From: Trichinella spiralis
Taxonomy: Eukaryota
Assembly (NCBI RefSeq): GCF_000181795.1
Contig: NW_003526943.1
Span: 11,336,007 to 11,400,006 of the forward strand
Direction: 5' to 3'
Length of the DNA stretch: 64,000 nt
The number at the start of each line of letters is the position of its first letter. Positions within the stretch are counted from its first letter, which is position 1. This document shows positions 42,147 to 54,620 of the stretch, in pieces. Under the pieces are notes generated by a model. It saw only the letters and a list, made by a program, of their open reading frames with translations. It was not told where the DNA came from and ran no database searches. A program made the translations under genes and the position numbers.

Positions 42147-45100
42147 TCATGATATGACTTCAATCGGTTGCGCAAACGTGACGCGACGACGCTTCTGCGA
42201 ATTATTTCGCGGTGGACTGAGCTGCATGCTCCGTACGTGAGGAGCGTCTCCCGAATCCAAAAATGCCGGCTTCACTCTGTCAAAACTGATGGTCTTCGTC
42301 TTGTCCTGGCAGCAGATAGTGATAGTTTTGCCGGCGCGGCTCAGCACCAAGTACGGTCCGTCGTACGTCGGTGATAGGGTTGGTCGTGGAGCGTCGTTCC
42401 GCACGAAGACGTGCGTGCAGTCCTTCAACTCTTTCGGCACGAACCATTTCCGCGACCATGCAACTCTTGACGGTGTCGGTCGAATGGAGTCGAAAAGAAT
42501 CCGTAGGTGGTCGCTGAGAGCTGCGGCGCTCGAGGGGAGTGTTTTGGTGAAGAATACACCGGGCAGGCGTAGTGGCGATCCATAAACCAGTTCGGCCGGT
42601 GCATGCCTGAGATCTTCTTTCACGCTGCTGCGGATGCCAAGCAGCACTAGGAGAAGAGCGTCGATCCACCGATGCGAGTGATTCGCGTGCGCTGCTAAGG
42701 CGGTCTTCAAGTGTCGATGGAACCTTTCCACCATTCCGTTGGTCTGTGGGTGATATGCTGACGCCGGTGCCAACTTGATACCGAGCGCAGTGGTGAGTTC
42801 TCGCCACAGAGCGCTCTGGAACTGCCGGCTTTGGTCGGTGGTGACGATGCTCGGGATTCCAAATCTCGCTACCCACGTTGACAAGAAAGCCCGACATACG
42901 GTATCGGCGGACGTGTTGGTTAAGGGCACTACCTCCGGCCAACGGGTAAAGCGATCTATTACCGTAAGCAGGTAGGAAAATCCGCGCGACGGTGGTAGTG
43001 GTCCGACGATGTCCACATGGACGTGATCGAAACGTCTATCCGGCACGGTGAAAATTTCGAGCGGAGTTTTCGTATGCCGGTGCACTTTCGTGCGTTGACA
43101 GGTCAGACAGCTTCGTGTCCAACGCGCGACGTCTTTGTTCATTCCTGGCCATACGTAACTCTGTTTCACCAGTCGTCGTGAACCGCGGATACTGGGATGG
43201 GACAGACCGTGCAGCGTGGTGAAGACTTTGCGGCGTAAAGGTTGCGGCACGTAGGGACGAGTCTTGCTTTGTGCGGTGTCGCACCACAGGACTATGTCGG
43301 TACCTTCCAGCTTGACGCGGCGCAATCGCAACGAACTGTAACGTCTGACAGCCGGCAACTCGGGATCGGCTTGTTGAGCGTCGGCGAGCTGTCTCAGGTT
43401 GACCGAATCTAAAACGACAGAAAGCGAGCCTACCGATGCTCTGGACAACAAGTCGGCAACGGTATTCTGTGTTCCCTTAATGTGTCGCACGTCGCTAGTA
43501 AAGGATGTTATGTAGTCTAGCTGGCGTACTTCGCGCGGATTGTGACTGCCAGTGCCACGTTGCACTGCTTGCACAATCGGTTTGTGGTCAGTCAAGACCG
43601 TGAACTGCCGCCCTTCTAGCCAGTGTCGGAAATGACGAATGGCTAGGTATATGGCGAGCAATTCCCGTCCGAATGCGCTGTATCTCATTTCGCGCGGTTG
43701 GAAACGACGTGAGAAGAACGCGAGGGGGGACCAACGCCCTTTGTGTCGTTGTTGCAGTGCCGCCCCGGCTGCGTGGTCGGACGCATCGACCACCAGTGAC
43801 AAAGCTGCGCCTTCTTGGGGGTGGCTCAATAGCGTCGCGTTAGCCAGTGCTTCTTTCACTTCGTCAAAAGCATTAACCGCATCCTCCGGCAGTTTCAGTT
43901 TATTGTGTGAACTATGTGAAGATGTCAACTTTTCTAGCGGTGCCAGCAACGTGGCAGCTCGCGGTATGAAGCGGCGATAGAAATTCACACAACCGAGGAA
44001 TTGGCGGAGTTCGCGCATGGTCGTCGGTTGACGGAATCTGCGTATCGCTCCGACTTTTTCTGCCAACGGCTTGATGCCTTGGCTGCAGACCTTGAACCCG
44101 AGGAACTCAAGGTCCGGCGCGAAGAAAACGCATTTTGCCGGGTTCAGCTTGACGCCGTACTTTTTTCAAACCGCTGAAAAAGAGTAGCGAGGTGTTTTTC
44201 GTGCTCTTCCTTGCTGCGGCTCGCTACTAGCACGTCGTCCAAGTAGACGAAGCAGAATCGCAACCCTCTAGTCACTTCGTCCATAAAACGCTGGAATGTT
44301 TGAGCCGCATTTCGCAGACCGAATGGCATTCTCACGTATTCAAAAAGGCCGAAAGGTGTCGTGATGGCCGTCTTCGGAATATCTTCTTCCGCCACCGGGA
44401 TCTGTTGATAGGCGCGGATCAGGTCAACTTTGGAGAAGATCGTCCGGCCGCCCAACTGCGTGACGAAGTCGTTGATGCTGGGGATCGGGTATCTGTCGGG
44501 CTTCGTCACGTTTTTGAGGCGTCGATAATCTCCACATGGGCGCCAGGTATTTGGTTGTTTCTTTGGAACCATGTGAAGCGGTGACGCCCAACTGCTGCTA
44601 GATGGTCGTATGATGCCGAGATCCAGCAGGATGTCGAATTCCTTTCTCGCGAGTTCCAGCCGGTCAGGCGGTAACCGTCGGGGTCTTGCGAAAACCGGTG
44701 GTCCGTGCGTGAGGATGTGGTGCTGTATCGAGTGGGTGGCCGGCTTACTCGTTCTGAAGCAAAATGTCAGGGATGGATATTTTTTTAAAATCTTAAGGTT
44801 ATGATCCGATCCGTGTTGCAAACAACTGACAACTTTTGTATTGCTGGTCTTGACGAGTCCGTTCGAGAAGGTCCACGACGTCATGTCTACCAGGCGTTGA
44901 TGCTTCAGGTCGACGAGTAGGCTAAAGTGCCGAAGGAAGTCTGCACCAAGGATGGGCTGTGCGATTCGTGCGACGATGAATTTCCATTTCATCGGGCGCG
45001 TAAAACCCAGGTCCACTGTCAACTCTCGACTACCGACGACATCGATACGAGTGCCGTTGACAGCTGTTAGCTGTGGGATATCTGTGGTGTGGAGTTGACT

Positions 45101-45253
45101 GCGCAGAGTAGCCTTATATGGCACCACGCTGACTTCGGAACGGGTATCCACAAGGAAACGCATTCCGTAGCTCCTCTCCTGCACGAAGAAAAGGCAGCGC
45201 ACCCGTTTGCCCGAGGACCCTACTGCCATGAGGTCCCGGGCCGTCTGTTTCCC
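42147..45253 (-). pseudogene. pol (protease-RT-RNase H-integrase), disrupted
   Basis: Protease FLVDTRSEV (DTG changed to DTR); [11 protein letters not shown] and YLDD; frameshift in the A6 run at 44161-44166 ([13 protein letters not shown]); RNase H VDAS; integrase HHCC plus D,D,E (HVDIVG, TTDQ, MVERFH). Confidence 0.92.
45209..45253 (-). promoter_or_regulatory. Programmed -1 ribosomal frameshift signal (gag-pol)
   Basis: G GGA AAC slippery heptamer (45253-45247) in the gag frame, a 5-nt spacer, then a GC stem GCCCG-GGACC...GGTCC-T-CGGGC. pol is in the -1 frame. Confidence 0.8.
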
Positions 45254-45740
45254 TGGTACCGGCAGGGAGAACGGCATTTGCGGGCACGTGTCCCGAATTT
45301 CTGATGGAAGTAGCATACTGGCGATGTATGCCGTCCCTCGCGGCTCGACCTCCGGCGTTTAGGGCTGGGAGTCCGGGGGGCGTCGTCTGGACGTCTGTTT
45401 AAGGATCGGAACCGCTCTTCCAGGTCTTCGATCCGTTCCTCTAGCGTCGGAGCCTTGTCGCCGTTCACTTTTTTGACAGTGCAAATTGAACCAGAGCCGT
45501 TATTACTGAGGGCTATGAGTTCGTCTGCTTTATTTGCCATTTCTTCTATGTTCGAGTACGTGTTTGCTCGAAGTATCATTTGAATATTTAGCGGGAGTCG
45601 TTGTAGGAAAAGTTTTTTGAAGAAACAGGTGTTTGGATCTAAATCCTTGCCGCAATTTCGGCGCATTTCTCGCAGAAGTTGAGAGGGTTTTGTATCTCCT
45701 GCGAGGGCTGAATTCATAAGCGCATTAAAACGGTCGCAAT
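45220..45740 (-). pseudogene. 5'-truncated gag
   Basis: GDTKPSQLLREMR, KLFLQRLP and [18 protein letters not shown]. The N-terminal part and PBS are missing; the sequence runs directly into the 5' LTR. Confidence 0.88.
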
Positions 45741-45891
45741 TGTTGCGTACAACGTTTACTCGATCGAACACGAAACACACACACGCTAGCTAACTAACTA
45801 ACTATTTATATCAACAACCATACTGTTTTTGTGGGTTAATAATGAGTAGGTATCAATCTCGCATTAAGTACAGTATGACGGTTCTGCTACA
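45741..45891 (-). repeat. 5' LTR (151 bp)
   Basis: TGTTGCGTAC...TTCTGCTACA followed by the TSD GTAT. Confidence 0.95.
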
Positions 45892-46035
45892 GTATATTTG
45901 AAAACTAAAGTTGAAACAATAAATTCTCGATTTCAAAATAAAATAACCATTGCATAATAATTTAATGTTTCATATTATATTTTTAAAATGATATTCTAAA
46001 AGTAATCTACTCGTAATCTGATATCTCAAAGGTAT

Positions 46036-46625
46036 TGTTGCAGATTCCAACCGAAGACAAAACCTGAGCGTCAATAATCGACAGTATGATGAGGTATTTT
46101 TAGAAGAAAGAAGTAACCTGATATAGCAGATCATAGTTGTTATTGTTTGGAAGTAATCCGATGTAGCTGACCATAGTTGTTTTGTCTGGAAGCAATTCGA
46201 TACCAGCGAACCAGTCGTTATCGTTTAGAAGCAACCCGATATATTTGACCTAATTGTTGTTGTAGTTTGTTTTTCTTTCGTGTGTGTATCACATGTATAT
46301 ATAGTTGTCAGTTAGTTAGTTAGTTAGAGTCAGTCAGACTTAGTCAGTGTGTGTGAGTCAGTTGATCTCTAGTCGAATAAAGCGTTGGTGTTCTTTTCGA
46401 GATTGTGTTTTGGTCTTTATATTCGAAAGACGGGAAGGAATACCGGAGAAAACGTGACTGGAATCAGCAGAGACAATAGGTAAGTCGTTGGAGCTTACGA
46501 CGCGGGTCCAATAGGGGAACCGTACATCGAAGATAGAACTCAGTGGTTCAAATAGTCGAACCGCGGGTTAATTATACACTCCACTGAAACTTGATTATCG
46601 TTATCGACGAGGAAGATCCATTACA
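46036..46625 (+). mobile_element. Solo LTR (590 bp) with 5-bp TSD GGTAT
   Basis: TGTTG...TTACA ends, GGTAT at 46031-46035 and 46626-46630, (GTTA)n and GT-rich tracts, AATAAA at ~46376, and four internal 39-40 bp repeats. Confidence 0.82.
46110..46262 (+). repeat. Four imperfect 39-40 bp tandem repeats inside the solo LTR
   Basis: Units start GAAGYAA at 46110, 46150, 46189 and 46228 (approximate consensus GAAGYAAYCCGATATAGCTGACCATAGTTGTTATYGTTTR). Confidence 0.85.
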
Positions 46626-49600
46626 GGTATATTTTTATAGTTGTGATAAGCAAGCCGAAAAACCTTGATATTCAAGAAAAATTCTCAAAAAAAGGATGTT
46701 AAAATTGCAATGTGACGTGCGGTAAATCATGGCCTTTATGAGCAATAAAAGACTACACTGGCCAAAAAGTCCCAGATGTCATATGAGGTAATAGATGATT
46801 GAACTCAGCTTAAAAATAGTCGCGAAAAGTGAATGAGAGCATAGATGGAGTTTGGTATTATGCACATCGCATTGGCCGTGCAGTGCCGCACTTATTTGTG
46901 AATCATTCATTCTTTGTTTCTCTAATCTTTGTTGATGGAATATACGCCTCTTCCACCACTTGTGTTTTGTGGAATATTGCCACGGATCGGACGTGGCATT
47001 TCATTAATAGTTGCTCATTAGCACTGACTGTAAACTTGATCGCGATTACCCGGACAGTCTACAGTGGGAATCAAATTCCCGTTGAGATTGAATGTTTGAG
47101 TGAGAAAAACCTGAAAATCATGAAATATAATTTTTTAATAAAACAAATGAAAAACAGCAGAAAGAAAAAACAAACTGGGTCGAGAAGAAAATGAAAGTAA
47201 AAATAGGGCTTTCGTTACATTATCATCATACATTATTTACTTTTTGCTTTTAAACAACGTTCCGTTGATGAAAAAAACAATTTATTTGAAACCTGATAAT
47301 CATTGTGTCGTATTATTGTGTGGATATAAAAAGATATAGTTAAGTGTGTTGGTGTGCGTGTGAAAATACCTTGCATGCTAGTAAGCTTAGTTCTATCAAT
47401 TTGTATGTTGTGCTTCTTTGAATCCTCTCTCTAGTTGTTGTGTTTGTGTTATCTGATCTTACGTCTGTTGTCTCAATTTACGTGATAATAATGCAGGTCA
47501 AACTGATCAAAAACTCAACACGTTCTTCCAGAGAATTCTTGCAATGCTAATCAGATGCTAACAATTTAGTATTTGTCACTCTTTCGTTTAGCTGGAAAGC
47601 TGCAACTGTGAACAATATGTCAATTGTGCATTTTCCATTTGTATTAAAATCGCCTTTACTAACGTATGTAATGTGACGAGAAACGCGAACAATGTTTGAC
47701 AAAGGCATATGCGTGAATTCATGCGTAAAATTAAGTGAAATTGCGAGCTAACACGTAACGTCAGCATTAGCGCCATTTGTAACCGGGAAATTGGAAATGT
47801 TACCACAACATTCCAGATTTTTCAAACAGATTATTCAGTATTCTGACATTATTCCCTAGCATAGCACAACAGTTGTATATGAACAATGAAAAAATAAATT
47901 ATTATTTAATAATTTGCGGCTCATTGTGACTCGTAGCTGTTCTCGAACAACTTAGAAACGAGTCCACCTTCACACAAACATATAGGACAGTCAAGAAGCT
48001 TCTCTCGCATCCCTCTTTGCTGACAGAAAATTTCCTAACATTATTATTTTCCTGGCGGTTCGAGCACCCTGTTTAAATGCGGTTGTACCCGAAGAGACGT
48101 TACAATACATGTTTGATATATTCATAGATTATATGGTTCAGCATTAACGCAGCTTTTCACGTGATCAATGAAATTTAATTATTATACATGTAATTATTAT
48201 ACAAAATTGTAATATTTTACATGAGAATTTTTGTATACTATACAGTAAGTACTATACACTTAATGATATTAAGCATTTTTTTTCAATCTTCCGCGATGCA
48301 CAGGATTTTTAACATTTATTAACCCAGTATTCATCTCTTGTTGATTTCTTATTCAAGATTCTCATTGCCAAAAACTTTTTCAGTATTCTCCTACAGTTCT
48401 TTCCAACATAATATCAAGTATTTGACAAATTCCTTCCAGATTTTACTCGCTGATGCAGTTTCCACACAAATTGGTTGAACATTTTGCATCAATCTTGTCT
48501 TATCCAATTCTAGCTTAAACCATTACATCATTAGATGCTTATTGAAACCAGTAATTGTAAAGCAACCACCAGCCTGAATATGCTTTCCTAGTTTTTTTGT
48601 CCGTGCTGTTCTCTTACAAAAGAAAAATGTCACTTTGACAGAGAATTACTAGAATTGTTATTCAATTCTAACGCTTCAGTGATTAAAATATTTGCTTGAA
48701 GTGGCAACTTTGACATTTCTGCTATATGCCATTTTTATATCTAAATTTAACTATCAACAACTAATCATGCAACATCATCTGCATTTTATGCTTAAATTAT
48801 TACTGTTGGCACCAGACTGCAGCTTTTTCAGACAAATTTTCTTCAATTTGTTTGCACTTTACCAGTAATTCTTGCTAAGATTTTGTGCTTTCAGTGCAGC
48901 ATTTTACCAATTGCTGAAGAGTAACGATTGACTACTGACGTTTGGTTTACAAAGCGTTATAGCGAAAGTTGCAATGCGCTTGCCATGACACTTAGCCTGG
49001 CACTTCTTCTTCTGTGAATTAAAATTAAAATTTTTTCTATTGACTGTTTAAATGTAATTTTATTATGTGAAGTAACAGAGGTTCCAAAAACGAAAACAAG
49101 TTATAATGAGCAGCGCAACACTATATAACAAAATATTTTAACTGCTTTTATGCAATTGTTGTGCTATAATTTTGAACAATAATACATAGGATAAACACTG
49201 GGTTTGATAATGTAAAAGTAACATATTTCATAAGTCTTATTGAAAATTCTTGCAAGTAACACAATAAATTGAATTACAAAATATTTTTTAAAATTATTAT
49301 ATATCTAATGAATTTAGTGATTTAACTTAAAAAATGTTTAATGAAGTCATAAGTAAAATTATCAAATAAAGGAAAGCAAAAACAAAAATGTTTATTTTAA
49401 TAAAATAAAGCAGATATAATGTGAAATCATGAATTTAATTTTAAAATTTATTTACTTATTCGAACTAAAAAACTGACCAACAGTATGAAGAGAAAAATGT
49501 AAAAAATGAATTAATCAATCAACCAGCGTTAACCAATTAAATAGAAATCTCAAAAATGAGCGAAGTTTTGAGTTCAGGAAATTGAAAATTCTCCATTGAA

Positions 49601-49702
49601 AATGCTACAAAATGCATAGAAGCTACTACAGTAAGGTACACTTGATACAAGCTATTCAGAAATGAATAAATAACAACAGACTCTTCTCATTTTGCAGTTG
49701 GA

Positions 49703-51977
49703 TCACGATGCGTTTGCAAGGAACAAAGTTTTGTAAGCATTGACTGGTGATTGCATAAATTCCTCTCTGGCATATTTAATAGCATTAGAGTTTGAAAAAT
49801 AACTGTTCATGTCCAGTTTGAGCAGCAATTGAGAAAAGAGTGGGTAAGCTTGTCTGGTCTTCGGATTAGCTAATATTCGATAAAGAGTCGTCATGCACCG
49901 TTCCAAAGAGATGTAAGTGTTGTGCACGCGTTCCGCATCATCATTCTCATCGGCATCTGCATTTTTGCTGCATCGACAAAAACACTCGCAAATCAGCAAC
50001 AATCGATCGATCAAATCGCACAGATCAGCCATGCGAATCATCAAAGCTTTCTCCAGCATGTCCATAAATTGTTCCAACAAAAGCGGCAATCGATGTATAT
50101 CACAACTCTGTTGCACTGCTAACAAAAATCCACGTCGAAGAGTCTCCAGGACATCTATCTGAAATCAGTAAATTTCAAATTGTGAATATTAAATGTGCCT
50201 TTGCAAAAATGAGTGCACCTGAAAATAGCACTGCAAATTGTTCATTATAAAATTCATACAACTCATCAATTTCTGCTTTTTCGACAACGCAGGACTGCTT
50301 TGACGACTTTTGATGAAAAGAAACCAACATCTGTTGACGGTAAATTGAGCGTAACGTATTTTCAGCAAAAAACGAAACACATCGTTGCAACGGCTGAAAA
50401 ATGACGAAGAGAATACATGTGCAAATATTTTATTCCGCCCCAAATCCAAACTCAGCTCCACAGCACTGAATAAAGATTGATCTTCTGAAGCACCAGCTCG
50501 AAGTTTCAGCCTAACCCGTTCAACGTCGCTTCTGCAATCGAAGCTTCCCTGTGCAACACGAAAGACCGCATTCAGAGAATCCACAATTCCAAGCTCTCCG
50601 ACAGTTTTGGGCAACTGATCTTCGGCTAAGTCGATGAAATATTGAAATAAAGCACCATTTCCAAGAAAATAAAATTTATTTATTTCTCGAAATATGCTCA
50701 GGAAACTCTGACCTTGCAAAGCCTGATTCCACAACTGTTCTGTTATATCTTTATGCCAGCTGTCGATCAGTAATGACATTTCTATCTTCGGAAAAGTACG
50801 TTGCACAAAAATTTGCTTCAACCTGTAATAAAAATTTTCCAAATTAAATTATCATTTGCCTTTTACCGCTTTGCTATTCATTAATTCATTATGTACGTAC
50901 ATATACTGAATGTACATGCACTGTAAGATATTTAAAAATGCAAAATAAATATAATTGGAAGAAAAAAGCTTTGATAATTAAATGAATTTAAATCAAGTTT
51001 TACATAAGATGCAAAACTTAAATTCATATAACTTGAAAATCATAATTTATTACTGTAATCGAATGAAATACTTTTATTTCAAAATATTCCATTTAATTCG
51101 TTCTAAAGTGAATTAGAACTTTTCAGAAAGTATAATGAATCAAACTGCTGAATATATATACCCATAATATACACCACAAATTATAAACATACTTGTCAGC
51201 ATAAATATTTCTTTTAGCGTTGAATTGGCAAAGTTTTAAATTTCGCTCTTCACCATTTTCTTGAAAACAATCCAACATGAGCTTATTTTTAACACCGATG
51301 CAAAGAATTTGGTTTGCAGTTTTGAGGTCAATGTATAAAGGCAAAAACGATTCAATAATTTCACAATTATTAACTGAATTTGATTTACCACCACGTCGTT
51401 GAATGAAAAAATCATCATTTGGTGGAAGTAGATCGTGAACAAGCCAAGAAATTATTTGTCGATAAAGAACCATTTGGCAACGTAAAATTAAGTTTTCCAA
51501 ACAAGATGTCAATCCATCTGGGCATGTCTCCAATGCATCTTTCAACAAAAAGAATACTTTCCCTCCATATAGTTCAGAGAAGGATTTGCACAGTTTTACT
51601 ACAACTTCAAAAATCCAGTTATATTCATGAAACCAAGAATGAAGTCTAATAAGTTTCCACGTCGGTTCCTCAGAGAAACGTTTATCAGCTAAGCATATCC
51701 GATCTTCATACGGTTTCAGTAACGTGTGCGACAAACCGGCAGCAATTTCAACCAAGTAAGTATTACGCATGGGCGTTGAACTGCCTTTGTTTATCACTTC
51801 ACTGTTCAGACGGTCTTGCTCTCGAATGAAATGGCGAATTTGTGCATATTTCTGTCCTATTCCATGGAGAAAATCCGTGATTTCTCGTTCTGCAGGGTTA
51901 AGTACATCACATGCTTTTAAACTTTCCCAAAGATTTTCGTTACCAAGGCCCAGCAATGCTAACAACAGTTCTTGCAT
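49703..51977 (-). CDS. TUBGCP4: Gamma-tubulin complex component 4, 3 exons
   Basis: Exons 51977-51193, 50822-50219, 50158-49703 with compatible phases. GCP4-type start MQELLLALLG with no N-terminal extension; FYFLGNGALFQYFIDLAEDQL, NNLQCYFQIDVLE and terminal QLLLKLDMNSYF (grip1/grip2 domains). Confidence 0.85.
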
Positions 51978-52894
51978 CCTAAAAATTTTACATGAAATGA
52001 AAATATATAAAAACCAAAATGTACTCGTTAATGAGAGTGCTTTTAAATACTTCTAAACATAATAATCTTCTGTAAATGCTGTAAAGTGCGATACAAAAAA
52101 ATATAATGGGATCAAAACTATATAAACACAGTGTTCTATCTGTCATTTAATTGAGTTTTCACTAAATAACTTTGAAATTACATAACTTTTAAAAATATTT
52201 AAAAAAAGTAATCAGCAAAATGAACTGAACGAAAACATCCCTACGTATAAATTACTGGAAATCAAGTATCAATAAAATAATACTGTGAATTAATTAATAG
52301 AACTAAAGTTTCTTATTAGTTATATAAAAAATAAAGCTAAACGATAATTGTTATTAAAATAAGAACGAATTTTTAAGATATTATTAAAAAATCACCATTA
52401 ATATGTGAAATACTAATCCATTGAAATTTGAATTTTTTTGTTGAAATTTATCAATAAAAAATAATCAATTTATTACTAAAAATAATTATAAAATGTAATT
52501 AAAATATTTTTGTAATAGATTGTTGTCAATCAATTTTCGTGTTGTCGACCGAAACTACTCAAAGGCTGCTACATTTCATCTTCTTTATCATATGTTATTG
52601 ATTGAAAAGTTTCATCAAGTAAAACAGAATCCTACAGTATACAGTGATTGAAAATAAAAATTGAAATTAGATTGTAAATTAAAAAAAGAAATTGTTTACC
52701 AGCATTCTAATTGTATAAAAGTTTAAGAAAATTTTGAAAATCAAGTTATTTCAATGTGAATAAACTTAAAAAATAAAAATATTTATTAAATCATGGCAAT
52801 GATAGAAATGCTACATGAAAATATTTAAACATACCGAAAATGATCTATGACAACAATGAATAATGAAAAATAAAAATTTTTTTCTAATTATTTA

Positions 52895-54620
52895 TGTAGG
52901 CGACAAATTCCATGTCACCGGAGCACCGGAGTAGACTGCAATTTTTACATTTCATTTTGTTGGATCTTCCCGTAGATATCCGTGGGATGGCAAACGCTCA
53001 TACGCGGCACCACGGCACCGTCTGGTCTGAGTTACTTTCATCCCCCAGCTGGAAGTCAACTCTCCTCATCCGACGCTCGGACCCTATGCAACCACTGCCC
53101 GTCACGAGATGAACGCTCTCGTACAGCCCGGTAAGACCCAGAGTTTCAGCCAGGTTCTTCCTTATGACGGGAAGGATGCCACCAGATCTTAAGAAGGGAC
53201 AGCTAGCTCTTGGTGACAGATGCCAGGCGACGTAATGCGGACTCTGTTGCTTCGCTTCGGACGCGTCGACATCTTCAGAAACACCCTGCCTTTCCTCCTC
53301 TTCTCGGGCTCTCCGAGTCTTCCTTCGGCGCAGTGTGGGGAGTGTGTCCGCCTAAATTTTTCTCTCTCCTCCAGGAATTTTCACAAATCATCGTCATTTG
53401 CTGGCTCTGAAATCACCTTGAGATGCCACGTTCTCTGCAATTTGAGATGCGGGAACTTATCCTTGACGATAGGCGTCAAGGCCTCACTCACAGGGAAGCC
53501 GCCAGTGGACATATCCTTGCCCAGCGCCGTGAGACACCTCAAGTGTTTGGTGAGCTCGATCACCAAGATCTGGATGCCCTGCGTCGTCATCTCACGGCAC
53601 GCTGTTGCTTTTCACAGGGTCATGTTACGCTCACACGCCACTATCTCAGGCTGGCTTAATCGACTCTTAAGAATTTCCGCCGCGAGCGGGTAGTTTGCCG
53701 CGGTGATGAGAATTCTTTCAATGGTGCTCCGCATCTTCCCTTCAGTAGTCGGCACCAGGTATGCGAACTTTGTGGCAATATCCAGGTCGCTTCTCTCATG
53801 GACTCTCGATGCATACTGGGCCCAGAAAGTGGGGAATTTGAGCACTGACCAAGTGAACTGCGGAAGCCTCAGCTCTGGTAGCTTTCCATTTCCTGGCGAC
53901 TCTGCCGTGGCTGCTGCTGTCGGTACCCATCGGCCGTTCTCCTTGCGCCTATCTTAACTCGCGCTTTCCGCTGTCTGAAGATCTTCTGGTACTTTGACCA
54001 GTCCTCTATCGCGCATCTTCTTCCTTCCGCTTCCAGGTCCTGCTCTAATTCTGCCTAGATTGCATCATTCTCACGGTAGAGCTCCTCAGTCATCGTGACT
54101 TGTTCTTTGATCTCAGCGGCGCCAACAAACTCTATGCATAGTTCGTCCAACGCCTCCAGAAGTTCAATTGATCATTGGTTGCGGCATGCTTCTTCGATCT
54201 TGCTTTTGCCCCAGCCCAAACTTTAGTCATGGTTTGGTCAGAAGGCACCACCAGAGAAGAAATTACAGTGCACTCAAAGAGAGGATCATCAGCAGGTACC
54301 TTGTGGTAGTAAATCTTAAAAATAATCTATTCCAGGCACGGCAGAAAGAGAGCCGCCACCGCAAGAAAGCCTGGCGACCGATCGGTAGAAGTGTGTGGTG
54401 TGATACTTGATCATCAGAAAGGTTATGGTGGTTGGTTGGCGTGAAGTGTTGTTAGCTAGTTGGGTGTTGGTGCGTGGTGTTCAGTTGGTTGTCGACCGCA
54501 GTGTAATTTATTACGGTGATTGTCAGTAGCACGTTCTAATAAACGGCTTAATCGATTGCGTTGTGTTTATTTCTCTTTATTACCCCGCATGTCTTCATCG
54601 AAACGCGAATGAGATCATAG
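52895..54620 (-). mobile_element. Decayed BEL/Pao LTR retrotransposon fragment (gag, partial protease, LTR-like flank)
   Basis: Broken frames encode LPELRLPQF..(L)KFPTFWAQY..RVHERSDLDIATKFAYL...AANYPLAAEILKSR (DUF1759-type gag) and ELTKHLRCLTALGKD. A PBS-like TGGTGCCTTCTGACC (54250-54236) precedes an ATG at 54230. GT-rich LTR-like sequence lies at ~54390-54620. Boundaries approximate. Confidence 0.8.

Larger units (their letters stand above)
41976..45891 (-). mobile_element. Ty3/gypsy LTR retrotransposon (CsRn1-like clade), defective, with 4-bp TSD GTAT
   Basis: Two 151-bp TG...CA LTRs, GTAT on both flanks (41972-41975 and 45892-45895), PPT next to the 3' LTR, PR-RT-RH-IN domain order, and a CHCC gag knuckle (C-X2-H-X9-C-X3-C). 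Confidence 0.95.

Noticed and set aside
45741..45780. N-terminus MCFVFDRVNVVRN of the 186-aa gag ORF
   Set aside because: Derived from LTR sequence (GTG start) fused to truncated gag; not a true gag start.
46110..46262. Regularly spaced repeats as a CRISPR array
   Set aside because: Eukaryotic context, whole units are homologous with no unique spacers, no cas genes.
47210..48104. Further LTR-like sequence (TATA box, GT-rich tract, TGTAA...GTTACA ends)
   Set aside because: No matching TSD or paired ends could be established; possibly old TE debris.
46829..49020. Coding-like fragments, including NDVMV...NVQPICV on the - strand reminiscent of a trypsin-family protease
   Set aside because: Broken by stops and frameshifts, no catalytic motifs found; too weak to call a pseudogene.
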